NCBI GenBank assembly: GCA_019828565.1
Contig: JAHDYR010000033.1
Span: 160,369-224,368, forward strand
DNA from: Carpediemonas membranifera BICM
Taxonomy: Eukaryota; Protista; Fornicata
Length of the DNA: 64,000 bases
Direction of reading: 5' to 3'
The position numbers and the translations under genes were made by a program. Positions within the stretch are counted from its first letter, which is position 1, and each line of letters starts with the position of its first letter. Shown here piece after piece: positions 23,591 through 35,438 of the stretch. The notes beneath the pieces are model-generated. The model ran no database searches, had not been told where the DNA came from, and worked only from the letters and a program-made list of their open reading frames with translations.

Positions 23591-24952
23591 TTGGCGGACC
23601 ACTGTCCCCACGCGCGTGCATCCGTGCCCGGATGCGCGGCGAGCGCATGCTGCGGAGAGCAGCACAGAGAGAGGAGCCAGGGAGGCTCCTCCCCTCTTTT
23701 CCCAATCTGGGCATCGTCCCCTGCTGGTGGACGCCCATTTGGTCGTCGGCGTCTGCAGTGCCATAAACACTATTTGGGATTGTCTACAGTTGTAGACGTG
23801 CGCCGCACGCTGGTATGGCAAACCTGCCAACCCCGTCGGACAAGCGTGGTCCGGTTGTGCCGTGCCTTTGGGGCGTGCTAGCAAAACCTGGTGAGGAAGT
23901 ATTTAATAGATTGCGATACGGTGCCGCGGGCCAGCCGGGACCGTATCGTATCGGCTAAAAATAAATACTGATCGAGCCTAGAGTGGCATCAGCCATGACA
24001 CTACCCCTCCCAGAGCGTCAGCTCGCATGTGCATTGGCATCTCTGGGCGCGTTGGGCTGTTACATGTTTTGTCAGGTTAGGCTAAAGTGCAGGCTAAGGT
24101 TTCGCAACGGGGGGCATACGAAGGTGGGGACAAAAAAAATGAACAGCAGGGCAATCCGTCTAGGCTTGTGTTGTAGTGCTGTGGTGACGTAGATGGTTCT
24201 TGGTTGGGCCTGTAGCTCGAGTGAGTGACGCTAGCGTCGTCGATGATGAGTGAGGTGAACTCCTAGAAACCTCGTGGAAGTTGAAGTAGATAGTTCTAGT
24301 AAAGGTACTGTATCTAGTTGCGTTGTTGTTCTCGTGATCCGAAGGGTATTTGCTGAGATATTCGACGTTTTGTCAAATTTTGCTGAGAAAATGGGAAGAT
24401 GAGGTCGCTATGAGGTTGGTGATGGAGATAGGGGAAATGTGATCGTGGATTTGAGAAGTAATTACTTTGTTGTACGGTTCTCCATGACCTTTTCCGCGTC
24501 AAAGGGCGTATAGCTTGTGGGGTGATGATCGTTCGATTCTGGAAATGAGCTCGTCATGCGTCAGAGTCGATTCACGATGAGAGCAGTAAGAGACCGGGGC
24601 ATACGAGCTGATTGCCGGTCCTGGACCGGTTGAGTGCCCCTTTGGGGGGTATTTTGACCAAGTCGGAAAGCTTCGAAATGGTTCAATGACGGTGGTGTAG
24701 TGCGGTAATGTGGCTTAGAAACCGTTGTTGAGGGTGAAACGTCTTGATTAAATGACATTTGTTGTGTTTGTCTGCTTCTGGATGGTTCTTCAGCTCCAGA
24801 AATAGAGTGTTGTGTGAGTGAGAATAAAACGAGGGCCTTTGGGGCCGTTTCATGAGTGATTTGTGATTGTTTTGGCGGCTTTATGTACACTTACGCTTGC
24901 CAGCCTTTCTTTTTGATGTATCTGTTGATCTTTGGTGCCTCTGAGGGGTAGG

Positions 24953-27900
24953 TGTCCCAATCAATTGATTAAATCTCTTTCGCTAGCTGTTCTATCCATA
25001 CCACAGTGATCACTGTCATGGTTTTAGTCAGCAACAGCCGTTTAGACGAGTATCGTCTTCACGTTGCAAGCAAAAAGCAGCCGTCTAGCATCCTCTTTTT
25101 CCTCGGGAGCGAGAAACTAGCCGAAATCCGCGCGGCGTTCATCCCGACAACGAGATTCCCAACATTCGAGGATTTCCAATGCTTCTTTGAGACAGAGATC
25201 CGTCCTCCCATTCATAAGCCTTCCGAGCAGAATGAACCCGAGAAGAACGACGACGACAAATCGGCCGAGGAGCTCAGCGCTCTCCTGGCCAAGCTCAAGG
25301 ATATAGACACCCAAGCGGCCTCGATCGCTTCAGACGAGCTGAAGCAGGCCTTCATCACCGCAGCCCTCAAGGCGGTCAGTCCGCCACCGACGGCCCCAGA
25401 CACCTCGACCAACGCCTCAGAGCGCCTCTCGAGGGAGGAGCTCCGCGAGCGGGCGGACCTCTTGCTCACCTACACCGCGTACTTCGAGCTGACACCCGCC
25501 CAGCGGGCCAACCCAGCCGCTCGCGCGGCGGCGATCCTGGAAAGGACCACGCTCACAGGTGGAGACATCACCTCTATGCAGAAGATGTTCCTAGCTTTCG
25601 GCAAGCACTGTCGCCAGCTGAACCCCAAGTTCCCGACAGAAGAAAACGGTTACACGCCCCTCACCGAGAAGAGGCTGATATCCACGCTTTTCCGCGTGCT
25701 GACCCGCGGTTTTGACGTCACCGAAGCCGCCCTCGCCTTCGAGGATTTCGCCGACGGCGCCACCACCATCGATGACGTCCAGCACCGCATCCTGGCTTTG
25801 CCAACTAACTCCGATGGGACGATCGTCACGCCTTGGTCCTTCTGCCAGAGGACCTCCGGTCCCATGGCAGGCGCCAAGGTCCCCGCTACACCGGGCAACG
25901 GCCGCAAGACCTGCCGCGTCCACGGTCCCGGCGGCCACTCTACTGAAGAGTGCCGGCTGCTGAAGCGCCAGAGTCAGGCTAACAGAGCCACACCGGCGGG
26001 CCGCCAACCTCAAGATCCCCGCCAGGGCCAGGCCTCTCAACGCACACCACACCAAGCCTCAGCCGCCCAGCAGAACCAGTCACGCCAGCCGCAGGCAGTT
26101 GGTCCCCAACGACAGGCCGCTGGACAACCACAGCAGCCCCAGCAACCATCGACGTCGAAGGGTCCTTGGCAGTTCAGGCAGAACCCCAAGCAGGCCACAC
26201 CATTCACACCGACACCCCCCAACAAGCCCCAACAAGGCAGCGTTCAGAACGTAGAGCATGCCGAGCACGCTTACTCGCCGGGCCGGCTTCTCCGGATTCC
26301 AGTGACGATAGGTGACACGCTTATCTCAGCGACGGTCGACCCTGGCTCCGTAGTGTCCACCATCTCGCTGGACCTCGCCAACGCACTCGCCCAGTTTGGC
26401 AGGAGGGGCCCCGACATGGTCCAGCTGACGGGCCCTGACGACCAAGGTCTCCAGCAACACGGCACCTTCGAGACAACGCTGGTCGCGGACCGCTTGGGCG
26501 ACCGCCGAACGATCATCGATTGGCCCCTGCCCGTCATCAGCGGCAGGGCCGATAAGGTCCTCATCGGCTCGGATATATTGTGGTTCTTAGGCCTCATGTC
26601 CGACGAGGGCATCATGCTTCGCCTCCGCCCGCAAGTTCACGACGGCGAGGACGAAGGCCTCCCCGACGACCAGACCGATGACTTCCACGCAGTCAACAAC
26701 ATTGTCAGCGACGACGCGGGCCCACTTGGCACACGCATCGCAAGCGACTTCCCGCTCAAAGCCGAGATGGCTGATGTCATCCGCCGGCACGCACCGGTAT
26801 TCGGCGAGCTGCACCCTGACGGCGCCCAGATCGCCGCCGCAACGATTGACATCGTGCCAGGCGCACCCCTACCCAACCATGCCCCTCGACCGCTCACGGC
26901 ACCCACCGCCGAAAGAGTGCACGAGATTATCGACGACATGGACAGACAGGGCATCGTACGCGATTCCTACAGCCACGTGGCATCCGCAGCCGTCATCGTA
27001 GTGAAGAAGTCAAGCGAGTTACGACTTTGCGCCGACTACCGCGAGCTTAACTCGGTAACTACACCAGACAGGTTCCCCCTCGCAGATATCCGCACCTTCA
27101 CCAACGACTTCATCGGTGCCAAGTACTTCTTCGCTTGTGACCTCCGGTCAGGTTTTCATCAAATGCCAGTACGCGAAGACCACAAGTACCTCACCGCTAT
27201 AACGCTGCCAGGCCGGTTCAAAGAGTACAACTTTGCACCCTTTGGTCTTCGTAACCTACCGTCACAGTTCCAGCGGGCCATCCAGGCAATCCTTGCCCCT
27301 GTGCGCGCCGACGGTACGAAGAACTACATCGACGACATCTTTGGTCGAGCCAAGACACCTCAGGAGCTTCTAGACCACGTCGACCGCCTACTCTGTATCG
27401 CAGAGGAACGCAACGTCCGCCTCCGCGGCGACAAGTGTGTCTTCGGGGCGACGTCTATCGAGATCCTCGGCGATATCGTCGATGGCAAGGGCCGCCGCAT
27501 GAGCCCTACTCGTGTCAGATCCATGCAGGACCTCGCCGCACCTCACTCGGTCAAGGACCTACGCATGATCATCGGTATGTTCACATACCTCAGTGACTAT
27601 ATCCCCGACTGCCAGACACGCCTCAAGCCGCTCCAGGCCTTGGTCAGCAAGGTCCCACCCTACACCTTCAACGACTGGGACGACACGCTTCAGGCTCTGT
27701 TTGATCAGCTCAAGCAGGCCGTGACAGACGAAGAGGTCCTCGCCCATCCGGACCAGAGCAGGCCCTGGCGCCTCGAGACCGACGCCTCTCTCGAAGGCAT
27801 CGGCGGTGTCTTACTGCAGCTTGACTCGGACAACACATGGCGCGTCGTGTCATTCTTCTCAAAGGTCTTCAACGACACACAGTCGCGTTGGTGCACGTAC

Positions 27901-29477
27901 GACCAGGAGCTGTTCGCGATCATCTACTGCCTCACTCGGCCTGACCTCTCGCCCATCTTTAGAGTCCACCAGGACCTGACGATCTGGACGGACCACCGCA
28001 ACTTGGTCTACCTGCACTCCAAGGCTGGCCAGGAAAACCGTAAGCACCTCCGCTGGCTGCTTATGATCCAAGAGTTCGAGTTCGTCATCAGACACATCGC
28101 AGGCGCGCAGAACACACTGGCCGACGCACTCAGTCGATACAACCCGCAGGCCACAGTCACGCAGGTCAACAACGTCTCAGAGGCCGAGCTCGACGAAGAC
28201 GCCAAGCGCAAGATCGTGCAAGAAGCTCACCGATACCACGAGGGCGAGCAGGCCACCATCAGGAACGTCCGCCAGCTTGGGCACGATTGGCCAGGCCTCC
28301 ACTCCGACGTGCACGCAGTCGTGTCAACCTGCGTGTACTGCGCTAAGGCACGCCTCTCCGCTTTCATTAAGACCACAACGCAGTCTTCTCTGCGCGACCG
28401 ACCCTTCCAGACCATCGCTGTAGACACCATGGGTCCTTTCCCTGTCGACTCCGAGGGTTTCAGATACATCGTGGTGGCAACCGACATGTTTACCCGCTTC
28501 ACGGAGCTCATCCCCACAGCTTCCAACAACGCGACGACGGTCGGGCTGGCACTTTGGTCCATCATCGGACGCTACGGTGTGCCTCGCGAGTTCCTTTCGG
28601 ACAACGGCCCCGAGTACCGCAATCGGATGATAGAAGCTTTCCTTGATCGCTTGCAGGTCACGTACCACCGGACAATCCCTTTCCACCCTCAGTCAAACGG
28701 CCTGGCCGAGAGACGCAACCAGGAAGTCAAGCGACACTTACGTGTGCTCTGTCTGATGTTTGACCGTTACGACGCCTGGGCCTCCGTGGTCCCATACGTC
28801 CAGTACATCCTGAACACTACGGTCCACTCCGTCACCGGCGGTCGAACCCATTGCTCTCTTGATGGGCAAGCATGCCTCCGCTCGCGACTTCACGATCGCA
28901 CCCAAGGAGGAGGGTAGAGTTCATACTCCCCTGGACGACATAGCCTCCTACATCGACGCGCTCACCGAGCACCTCCAGATCCTCGCCGACCAGGCCCTCA
29001 ACCGCCAGCAGGCAATGACAAGGACCGCAGAGCCGACGCCCCCGATCGAGCCGGGCACTCTGGTCCTTCGTAAGAACGAGAGCCCCACGAAGCTACACGG
29101 CCACCGCGGCCCATTCCGCATCACAGCCGCCGACGGTTACGCAGCGGAGATCACGCCGCTCACTGGCGGCAAGAGCCGCCGGGTCCACCTGAGCCAGTTA
29201 ATCCGCATCTGCCAAGGCCCCCTCAGCGACGCCGAACTGTTGCGCATCGCGGCTACCGACGACGAGGAGTATTACGTCGAGAAAGTCCTAGAGGTCGACG
29301 ACGAGACTGGCGACCTCCTCATTAAGTGGCTCGGCTTCCCTGAGGCTAAGGCCACGTGAGAGGGTCCCAACTCTGACGCCGCCCGCACGTCCGTCGTGCG
29401 CCGTCACCTCGAGGAGAGGGGTAGTGTCCCAATCAATTGATTAAATCTCTTTCGCTAGCTGTTCTATCCATACCACA
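24953..29477 (+). mobile_element. Complete Ty3/gypsy chromodomain LTR retrotransposon G4 with 53-bp LTRs
   Basis: Identical LTRs at 24953-25005 and 29425-29477 (TGT..ACA), GTAGG target-site duplication (24948-24952 / 29478-29482), and PPT gaggagaggggtag at 29411-29424. Confidence 0.97.
25018..29359 (+). CDS. G4 Gag-Pol (single ORF to 28917; frameshifted integrase C-terminus and chromodomain at 28859-29359)
   Basis: CRVHGPGGHSTEEC, VDPGS, YIDD, TDAS, VDTMGP / SDNG / NGLAER, RGPF and YYVEKVL..IKWLGF. Confidence 0.92.
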
Positions 29478-29513
29478 GTAGGACTTGAGATATGAGTCAA
29501 GGGTTAAACAGGG

Positions 29514-31235
29514 TTAAACGCGACATGTGTCACCTTGCCCTCCTCAGACTTGCTAAAAACGTACATGCCGACGACTGGATCGATCTTTGGGTCAAAATCC
29601 CGGACAACATGGAGGTATGCAACGGACTTTCCAGTCATTGAGCACCAGGCTTCAACAGCCCACTGAGTCAACCACTTCTCCTGTATGATTGGCTTACCGA
29701 TGTTGCCCTCCTCCGTGACAGTGTGTACACTGCACACTTCATGGAAAAGTTCGTCCCGGAGACCCTCCTCGGGCCGCCTGTACCCCGGAGTGGCCCGCCG
29801 GTTCATCTCTATCGCTTCCTTGTATATCTGCTCGCGGTATTTGTCCGCCTTCGTCTCCGCTGCACACTGCTCTTCATTCGTCATCGTCTCCCAGCTCTTG
29901 AACGCATGAGGCTCCGTGACGCCCTCGATCATCATGAGGCAGTGTGTTATACAGTTGCCGTGGGGCAGGGTTTTGTATCTGACCCACTGCTTGCTCTTCT
30001 CCAGCTGATTGGCGACGTCAACTCTAAACTTGACTTCCCTGCTCCTCATCTGCTCGGAAGCTGGGTCGACGTGGTCGACCTGGACATATTCAACGTCCGA
30101 CTCAGCCTCGAATGCCACCTCGTTGTCTGCCTCTTGCTCCTTATCTGCCTCACGCTTCTCCTCTGACTCTGCATTCACCTCTGACTCAGCCATCTCGTCC
30201 TCCTGCTCCTCCTCCTCTGCCTCACCCTCCTCCACTGGCTCCTCTTCCTCCTCTGACTCCTCCTCCGAGTCCTCAGGCCTGGCCTTCTCGGGCGTGATGA
30301 TGAGGGCCTTGCGCTTCACAGACATGGAGGCCTCGGGCTCGTCCGTAGTGCGTCGGGGACAGGAAGTCCTGGAGACTGTGCCAGACTGTGGCGGGATGGG
30401 GCTGCATGGGAGTGATGCATCCATGGACTTGTCAGCGTCATAGGCTGCCTCTCGCTCAGCCTGCTGCTGCAGAAGGCGTCGATGCAGCGTGATGACTTCC
30501 TCACTCTTTGCCGTCAAGCTCTTCCTCAACTGCTTGACTCTCTTCTTGTATCCTCGAACAATTTTGTGATAGTAATCGATGATAGCGCCAGTACCTGGGG
30601 GAGCAGGGGCGTACCTTCTCCCGCGGGGGTCTCCAACCATTCCAGGGCGATGATGTACTCTTCGAAGTACGAGCGGCAGGAGTGCTTCATGTAAGCAAGG
30701 TCTGCCTCCTTGCTGCGCACCCTGGCAACCATTGCTGTGACATGGTCGCGCACAAGCGCGTTGGTGGATGTCGCGTTGCGCCACGCCCGAACCTTGACAC
30801 TCAGCGCCTCTTTTTCGATACGCGCGCCCTCATTCTCCTTGGCATACTCAGCCCTCTTGGAGTTCTTGAAGGCTGTGACAGCGGCCGACTCAAACGCCTT
30901 CATCTCCTTCTCCGTGAAGGTTGCCTCGATGTTCTCGTTCGAGGTCTTATCCTGCACCTGCTGAGACAGCAATGCCTCGAGTTCTGCCTTCTTCTCGCCC
31001 TGAATCTCGAAATATGAGCACAGGTGGTTAAAGTTGATCCCTATATAAACATTTGCACCAATTACGTACCGTTCTTGACGACTATATCGAAGATATCGTT
31101 CTCGTCGAGCAATTTGTCCCGAAGAACGGCACTCTTCGCCTTGTTTGTCTTCTTCTCCTTGAATTCGGTGATAACGGCCTCAATCACATCATCTGAGGTG
31201 CTCTCGATCCACTCGTGAAGGAATTCGAACGTCAT
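29514..31235 (-). pseudogene. OTU-like protease paralog 2, 3'-truncated; introns 31041-31069 and (candidate) 30595-30614
   Basis: Exon 1 (EWIESTS..KSAVLRDKLLDE) and exon 2 (INFNH) align with paralog 1, and KTLPHGNCITHCL is present. The missing His-containing end is found in the copy at 62318-62490. Confidence 0.75.
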
Positions 31236-31444
31236 TCTTCTCTTCGTTATATCCCAATAATGGACATATAACAGAGATGAGAAAATTGCCAGTAACCGTA
31301 GGCAACGGGGTGTCGGAAACGTTATACCATACAAACGGGGGATATAATCGCTCCGAAAACATCCATTATGTGGACTGAATGGCGATATAACGTATGGGGA
31401 GTGATCCGACGAGCTTTCGGGCGGTGCAGGCTAAGACACACCAA

Positions 31445-31893
31445 GTCTGTGGTGCTATAACGTACCTCGGGACGCACTGTGGAGGCCCCTAGAGTACTCG
31501 GTCATGGCATGTCAGACCAAGGGTGCCTCAAATCTGGCCCCATTCAGGATGCACCCCCTAAATGTTCCGTTGCAAGCGTCTGACGGGCGTTCTCTGGATA
31601 CCGACCAAGATGGAGGTCACGTGGATGAACGGACGATAATTACGGTATTCTGGCCATGCCTGGTACTCTCAAATCATCTGTACTGCTCTATGCTCCATTT
31701 ATAGTTCATATCGTTTCGTCCTGATGGACTTTTGGTACTTGATGTTGTTTAGAGATAATTGTTGCTTTAATGATGCTCTGCGCCCGCATACTGATGTTTC
31801 TTAGTGATATGTGCATGCCTGTATCGTTAAAGCCGCCAGTATTCTTTCTATTCTTAAGTTCGCCATTTCAGTCTCGTTGCGAGCATAAAGTGC
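31445..31893 (-). other. Conserved intergenic element, copy 2
   Basis: Reverse-complement match to 4646-5094, with the core at 31590-31626. Confidence 0.9.
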
Positions 31894-32356
31894 ACATTGT
31901 GAAAGGAAAGTGGGTGGTTATCTAATGGATACAGGGCAGGACAAGGCACACAAATGCCGTCCTGAGGTTTGGCATGGGATACTGATCTCATACGACAAAA
32001 ATGGGCGGTGGTATTCGAATTTCAGAATTTCGGCATGTCCGAATTCCGAGGCAAGCGGGTAGGGTGTACAAAACCTGGCCTGGGTCCCTACTGGAGCTAA
32101 TAGATAACAGTATCACCGTGTATTCGTATTCAGAAATATAACTTGTGTTGGTATTGCTATTTCAGAATTACTTCCAGTCCAGGAGATTGTCTTAGAATTT
32201 GGATGTTCATGACTACTTTAAAAATTTAAAAAGTTCCCATGAACCCACTCCAGCTCAGGATTGCGGATCTGAGCCAAGTTTAGGTCGAATCCAAGTATTT
32301 GATAATTTTGTATGTACGAAATTCTGAAATTGCAATACCAACAGAAAACTCGTGAT

Positions 32357-33718
32357 ATGGAGGATCTAGCTGCAAATAGCGACGATATTGTTAAGCGCTG
32401 GTCTGATAGAGTTTCATTGAAGACGCGTAGTGTGTACAAGAAGCACCTGGAGGACGTTTTGGCCAGCCTTTGCCAGGAAACAGGCGCTGAAATGCAGAAG
32501 GGCATCGAGATTGTCCGAAGCGACAACGTTACGACTTATTTGGCCCATTATTTCGCTACAAAGACGCCTGCTATGGCTAAGAGGATCGTTTCGGCTGTTC
32601 AGTCTTTCCGGAACTTCGACTTGCCACACCCCGCGAAGCCGTTGTCCTGGAAAGAGGAGGAAGAGGTGTCGCCTGCATCAGTTGAGAGTCTCCCCAGCCC
32701 GTATGGCGCCATTGCCATTCTGATCAACCAGACGGGCTGGGAGTATTCGTATCTCCAAGGTAATCTCCCCGATGCGATAGACCTTACCTCGTGCCCGAGC
32801 TGGATGGGCTTTGGCACGCTCAAATCGGGATTCCCGCAGGCCAGTGCTGTATCGGAGGCGCTCAAGGTTCAGGGGTTGACGGTTCGCATGCTTCGCTTGT
32901 CGCAGCGGATCAACGTGTCCACCGATAGGATGCAGTCTATCGGCACGCTAGAGCGCCGCGGCAGACCGCGGGAGAAGCCTCAGAAGGTCATTAAGGACAA
33001 GCGCATCAGCCTGACCGATGAGCAGTTCAGGCATCAGTTGGCGTCCAGTCACTTAACGACCACGCGGCGCCCAACGATCCTCGATCTCAACCCGGAGATC
33101 CGAAGCTCTGCCGACCTGGTGCCGCCGACGCTCGATAACTGGCTTTACAACAAGCTCAGGATTAGGATGGTCCAGCTCCACGACCAGCGTAAGCCCGAGG
33201 GGGGCGACACGGGGGAGGGTGAGTCTGACGATGAGGCGCTGTTTGACGAGACAGCTGGCGAGGCAGAGATGCCGGAGACCGCAGTGGAGGGCGAGTTTGA
33301 CGATGAGGCCGGGTTGGAGATGCTGGAAGGAGAGTGGGAGGATGAGGAGAGTTCAGACAGCGATGCCGAGGATAGCCTCGTCGACAACCTGTCATTTCTT
33401 CAGTCACAACAGGTTGAGTGTGATATGTCTGAGAGAGATACCGATGAGGGTGTCCGTAGCGGGGCCAATGGAAGTGGGCTCGCTCCGCTCTATGACGCTA
33501 TGAAGACCAGGGTGCCCAGCAGACGCATTCGCCTTCGCCGCTATCACGAGAGCGAGTCAGACTTGGGCAGCAGCAGCGACAGCGAGGACGGGATGCCGAA
33601 GCTGCCCGTTGAGGCCTTTGAGCACATCCGTGATGCCGGGATGACAACTGTGAGGCTGACGAGGGCCGAGTATGACGACGTGATGGAGAAGAGAGAGCAG
33701 GAAAAGCACCAGAAGTAA
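32357..33718 (+). CDS. Degenerate tyrosine-recombinase-fold protein with AT-hook and acidic tail (paralog 2)
   Basis: SAVQSFRN, PYGAIAILINQTG, ALKVQGLTVRMLR and RRGRPR align with paralog 1. The 3' half is nearly identical to 2872-3535. Confidence 0.55.
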   Translation: MEDLAANSDDIVKRWSDRVSLKTRSVYKKHLEDVLASLCQETGAEMQKGIEIVRSDNVTTYLAHYFATKTPAMAKRIVSAVQSFRNFDLPHPAKPLSWKEEEEVSPASVESLPSPYGAIAILINQTGWEYSYLQGNLPDAIDLTSCPSWMGFGTLKSGFPQASAVSEALKVQGLTVRMLRLSQRINVSTDRMQSIGTLERRGRPREKPQKVIKDKRISLTDEQFRHQLASSHLTTTRRPTILDLNPEIRSSADLVPPTLDNWLYNKLRIRMVQLHDQRKPEGGDTGEGESDDEALFDETAGEAEMPETAVEGEFDDEAGLEMLEGEWEDEESSDSDAEDSLVDNLSFLQSQQVECDMSERDTDEGVRSGANGSGLAPLYDAMKTRVPSRRIRLRRYHESESDLGSSSDSEDGMPKLPVEAFEHIRDAGMTTVRLTRAEYDDVMEKREQEKHQK

Positions 33719-35153
33719 ATGGCGAGTGATTATCAACTGGATGCAGAGGCTGAGCGGCGTAACTAGCCTGCCAGGGTCCGTGTACACAGTATGTGTCTTG
33801 GCCAAGCTTGACTTCGTCGGTTGGCCGAAAAAGCATAAACTGCACGGGTCCAGGTCGGCAACGGTTGCCGACCTGGAAGCCGCTCCTTGGGCGTTGAAGA
33901 ACAGAAGAGAAAGCGATCAGCGATGCTTTTATGCAGTATTAAGCAGGTTGTGCGCGTCAAATGTCCGGTAATGCATTCGTCACCATCTAATCAACATCAA
34001 CTCTTTTTCTCGGCAATGCAGAGGAGAATGCCCGTCACTAAAGGATGATTTGGTACTGAATAAACATTATAATGAGACTGGAATGCTTGTGGACACGAAA
34101 ACAGCAATGACAACATCGGGAGCAAGACAAGAAGATGATTCAGATTTATGAGGGAGAGGACGCCAGGGATGACGGCGCCAGGGATGAGGCGCCAGGATGA
34201 GGGCGCCAGGATTACCTTAAGCTCTGCCGACCTGGTGGCTTTACAAAAAGCTCAGGATGAGGATGGTCCAGCTCCACGACCAGCGTAATCCCGATGGGGT
34301 CGACACAGGGGAGGGTGAGTCTGACGATGAGGCGCTGTTTGACGAGACAGCTGGCGAGGCAGAGATGCCGGAGACCGCAGTGGAGGGCGAGTTTGACGAT
34401 GAGGCCGGGTTGGAGATGCTGGAAGGAGAGTGGGAGGATGAGGAGAGTTCAGACAGCGATGCCGAGGATAGCCTCGTCGACAACCTGTCATTTGTTCAGT
34501 CACAACAGGTTGAGTGTGATATGTCTGAGAGAGATACCGATGAGGGTGTCCGTAGCGGGGCCAATGGAAGTGGGCTCGCTCCGCTCTATGACGCTATGAA
34601 GACCAGGGTGCCCAGCAGACGCATTCGCCTTCGCCGCTATCACGAGAGCGAGTCAGACTTGGGCAGCAGCAGCGACAGCGAGGACGGGATGCCGAAGCTG
34701 CCCGTTGAGGCCTTTGAGCACATCCGTGATGCCGGGATGACAACTGTGAGGCTGACGAGGGCCGAGTATGACGACGTGATGGAGAAGAGAGAGCAGGAAA
34801 AGCACCAGAAGTAAATGGCGAGTGATTATCAACTGGATGCAGAGGCTGAGCGGCGTAACTAGCCTGCCAGGGTCCGTGTACACAGTATGTGTCTTGGCCA
34901 AGCTTGACTTCGTCGGTTGGCCGAAAAAGCATAAACTGCACGGGTCCAGGTCGGCAACCGTTGCCGACCTGGAAGCCGCTCCTTGGGCGTTGAAGAACAG
35001 AAGAGAAAGCGATCAGCGATGCTTTTATGCAGTATTAAGCAGGTTGTGCGCGTCAAATGTCCGGTAATGCATTCGTCACCATCTAATCAACATCAACTCT
35101 TTTTCTCGGCAATGCAGAGGAGAATGCCCGTCACTAAAGGATGATTTGGTACT
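33103..35153 (+). repeat. Near-tandem duplication 33103-34057 / 34219-35153 (3' part of the YR-like gene plus flank)
   Basis: Near-identical ~950-nt copies, with minisatellite units (34150-34212) at the junction. Confidence 0.95.
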
Positions 35154-35438
35154 AACAGGCTTTAATAAGCATGTCAAGCCTGTGATCACGATAACAGCCT
35201 TCAATAACTACATCAAGGCAATACATCAAGAAGATTGTTTAAAGAGACGGCGGGGAGCAAGATGCAGGGAGAGCGGCAGGGAAACGAAGGCATGGGGACA
35301 GGAGCCCGAGAAGAGCGCCTGGAGAACGGTGAGGAAGAACGGCGGGGAAGAGCAGCCGGGCGCATGGTACACACATCTGTCATCATGTGGCATCAACATT
35401 GCCACAGTGGTCAACTCAATAACAAGCAATGTCTTCAT

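Noticed and set aside
23518-24953. tRNA-gene-targeted insertion of G4, or tRNA-Gln as primer
   Set aside because: G4 is ~1.36 kb away, and no PBS is complementary to this tRNA's 3' end.
35403-35409. CACAGTG (RSS heptamer / Transib end) beside the PHD-transposase pair
   Set aside because: No convincing inverted partner, nonamer or target-site duplication was found on the other side, and a 7-mer is expected by chance.
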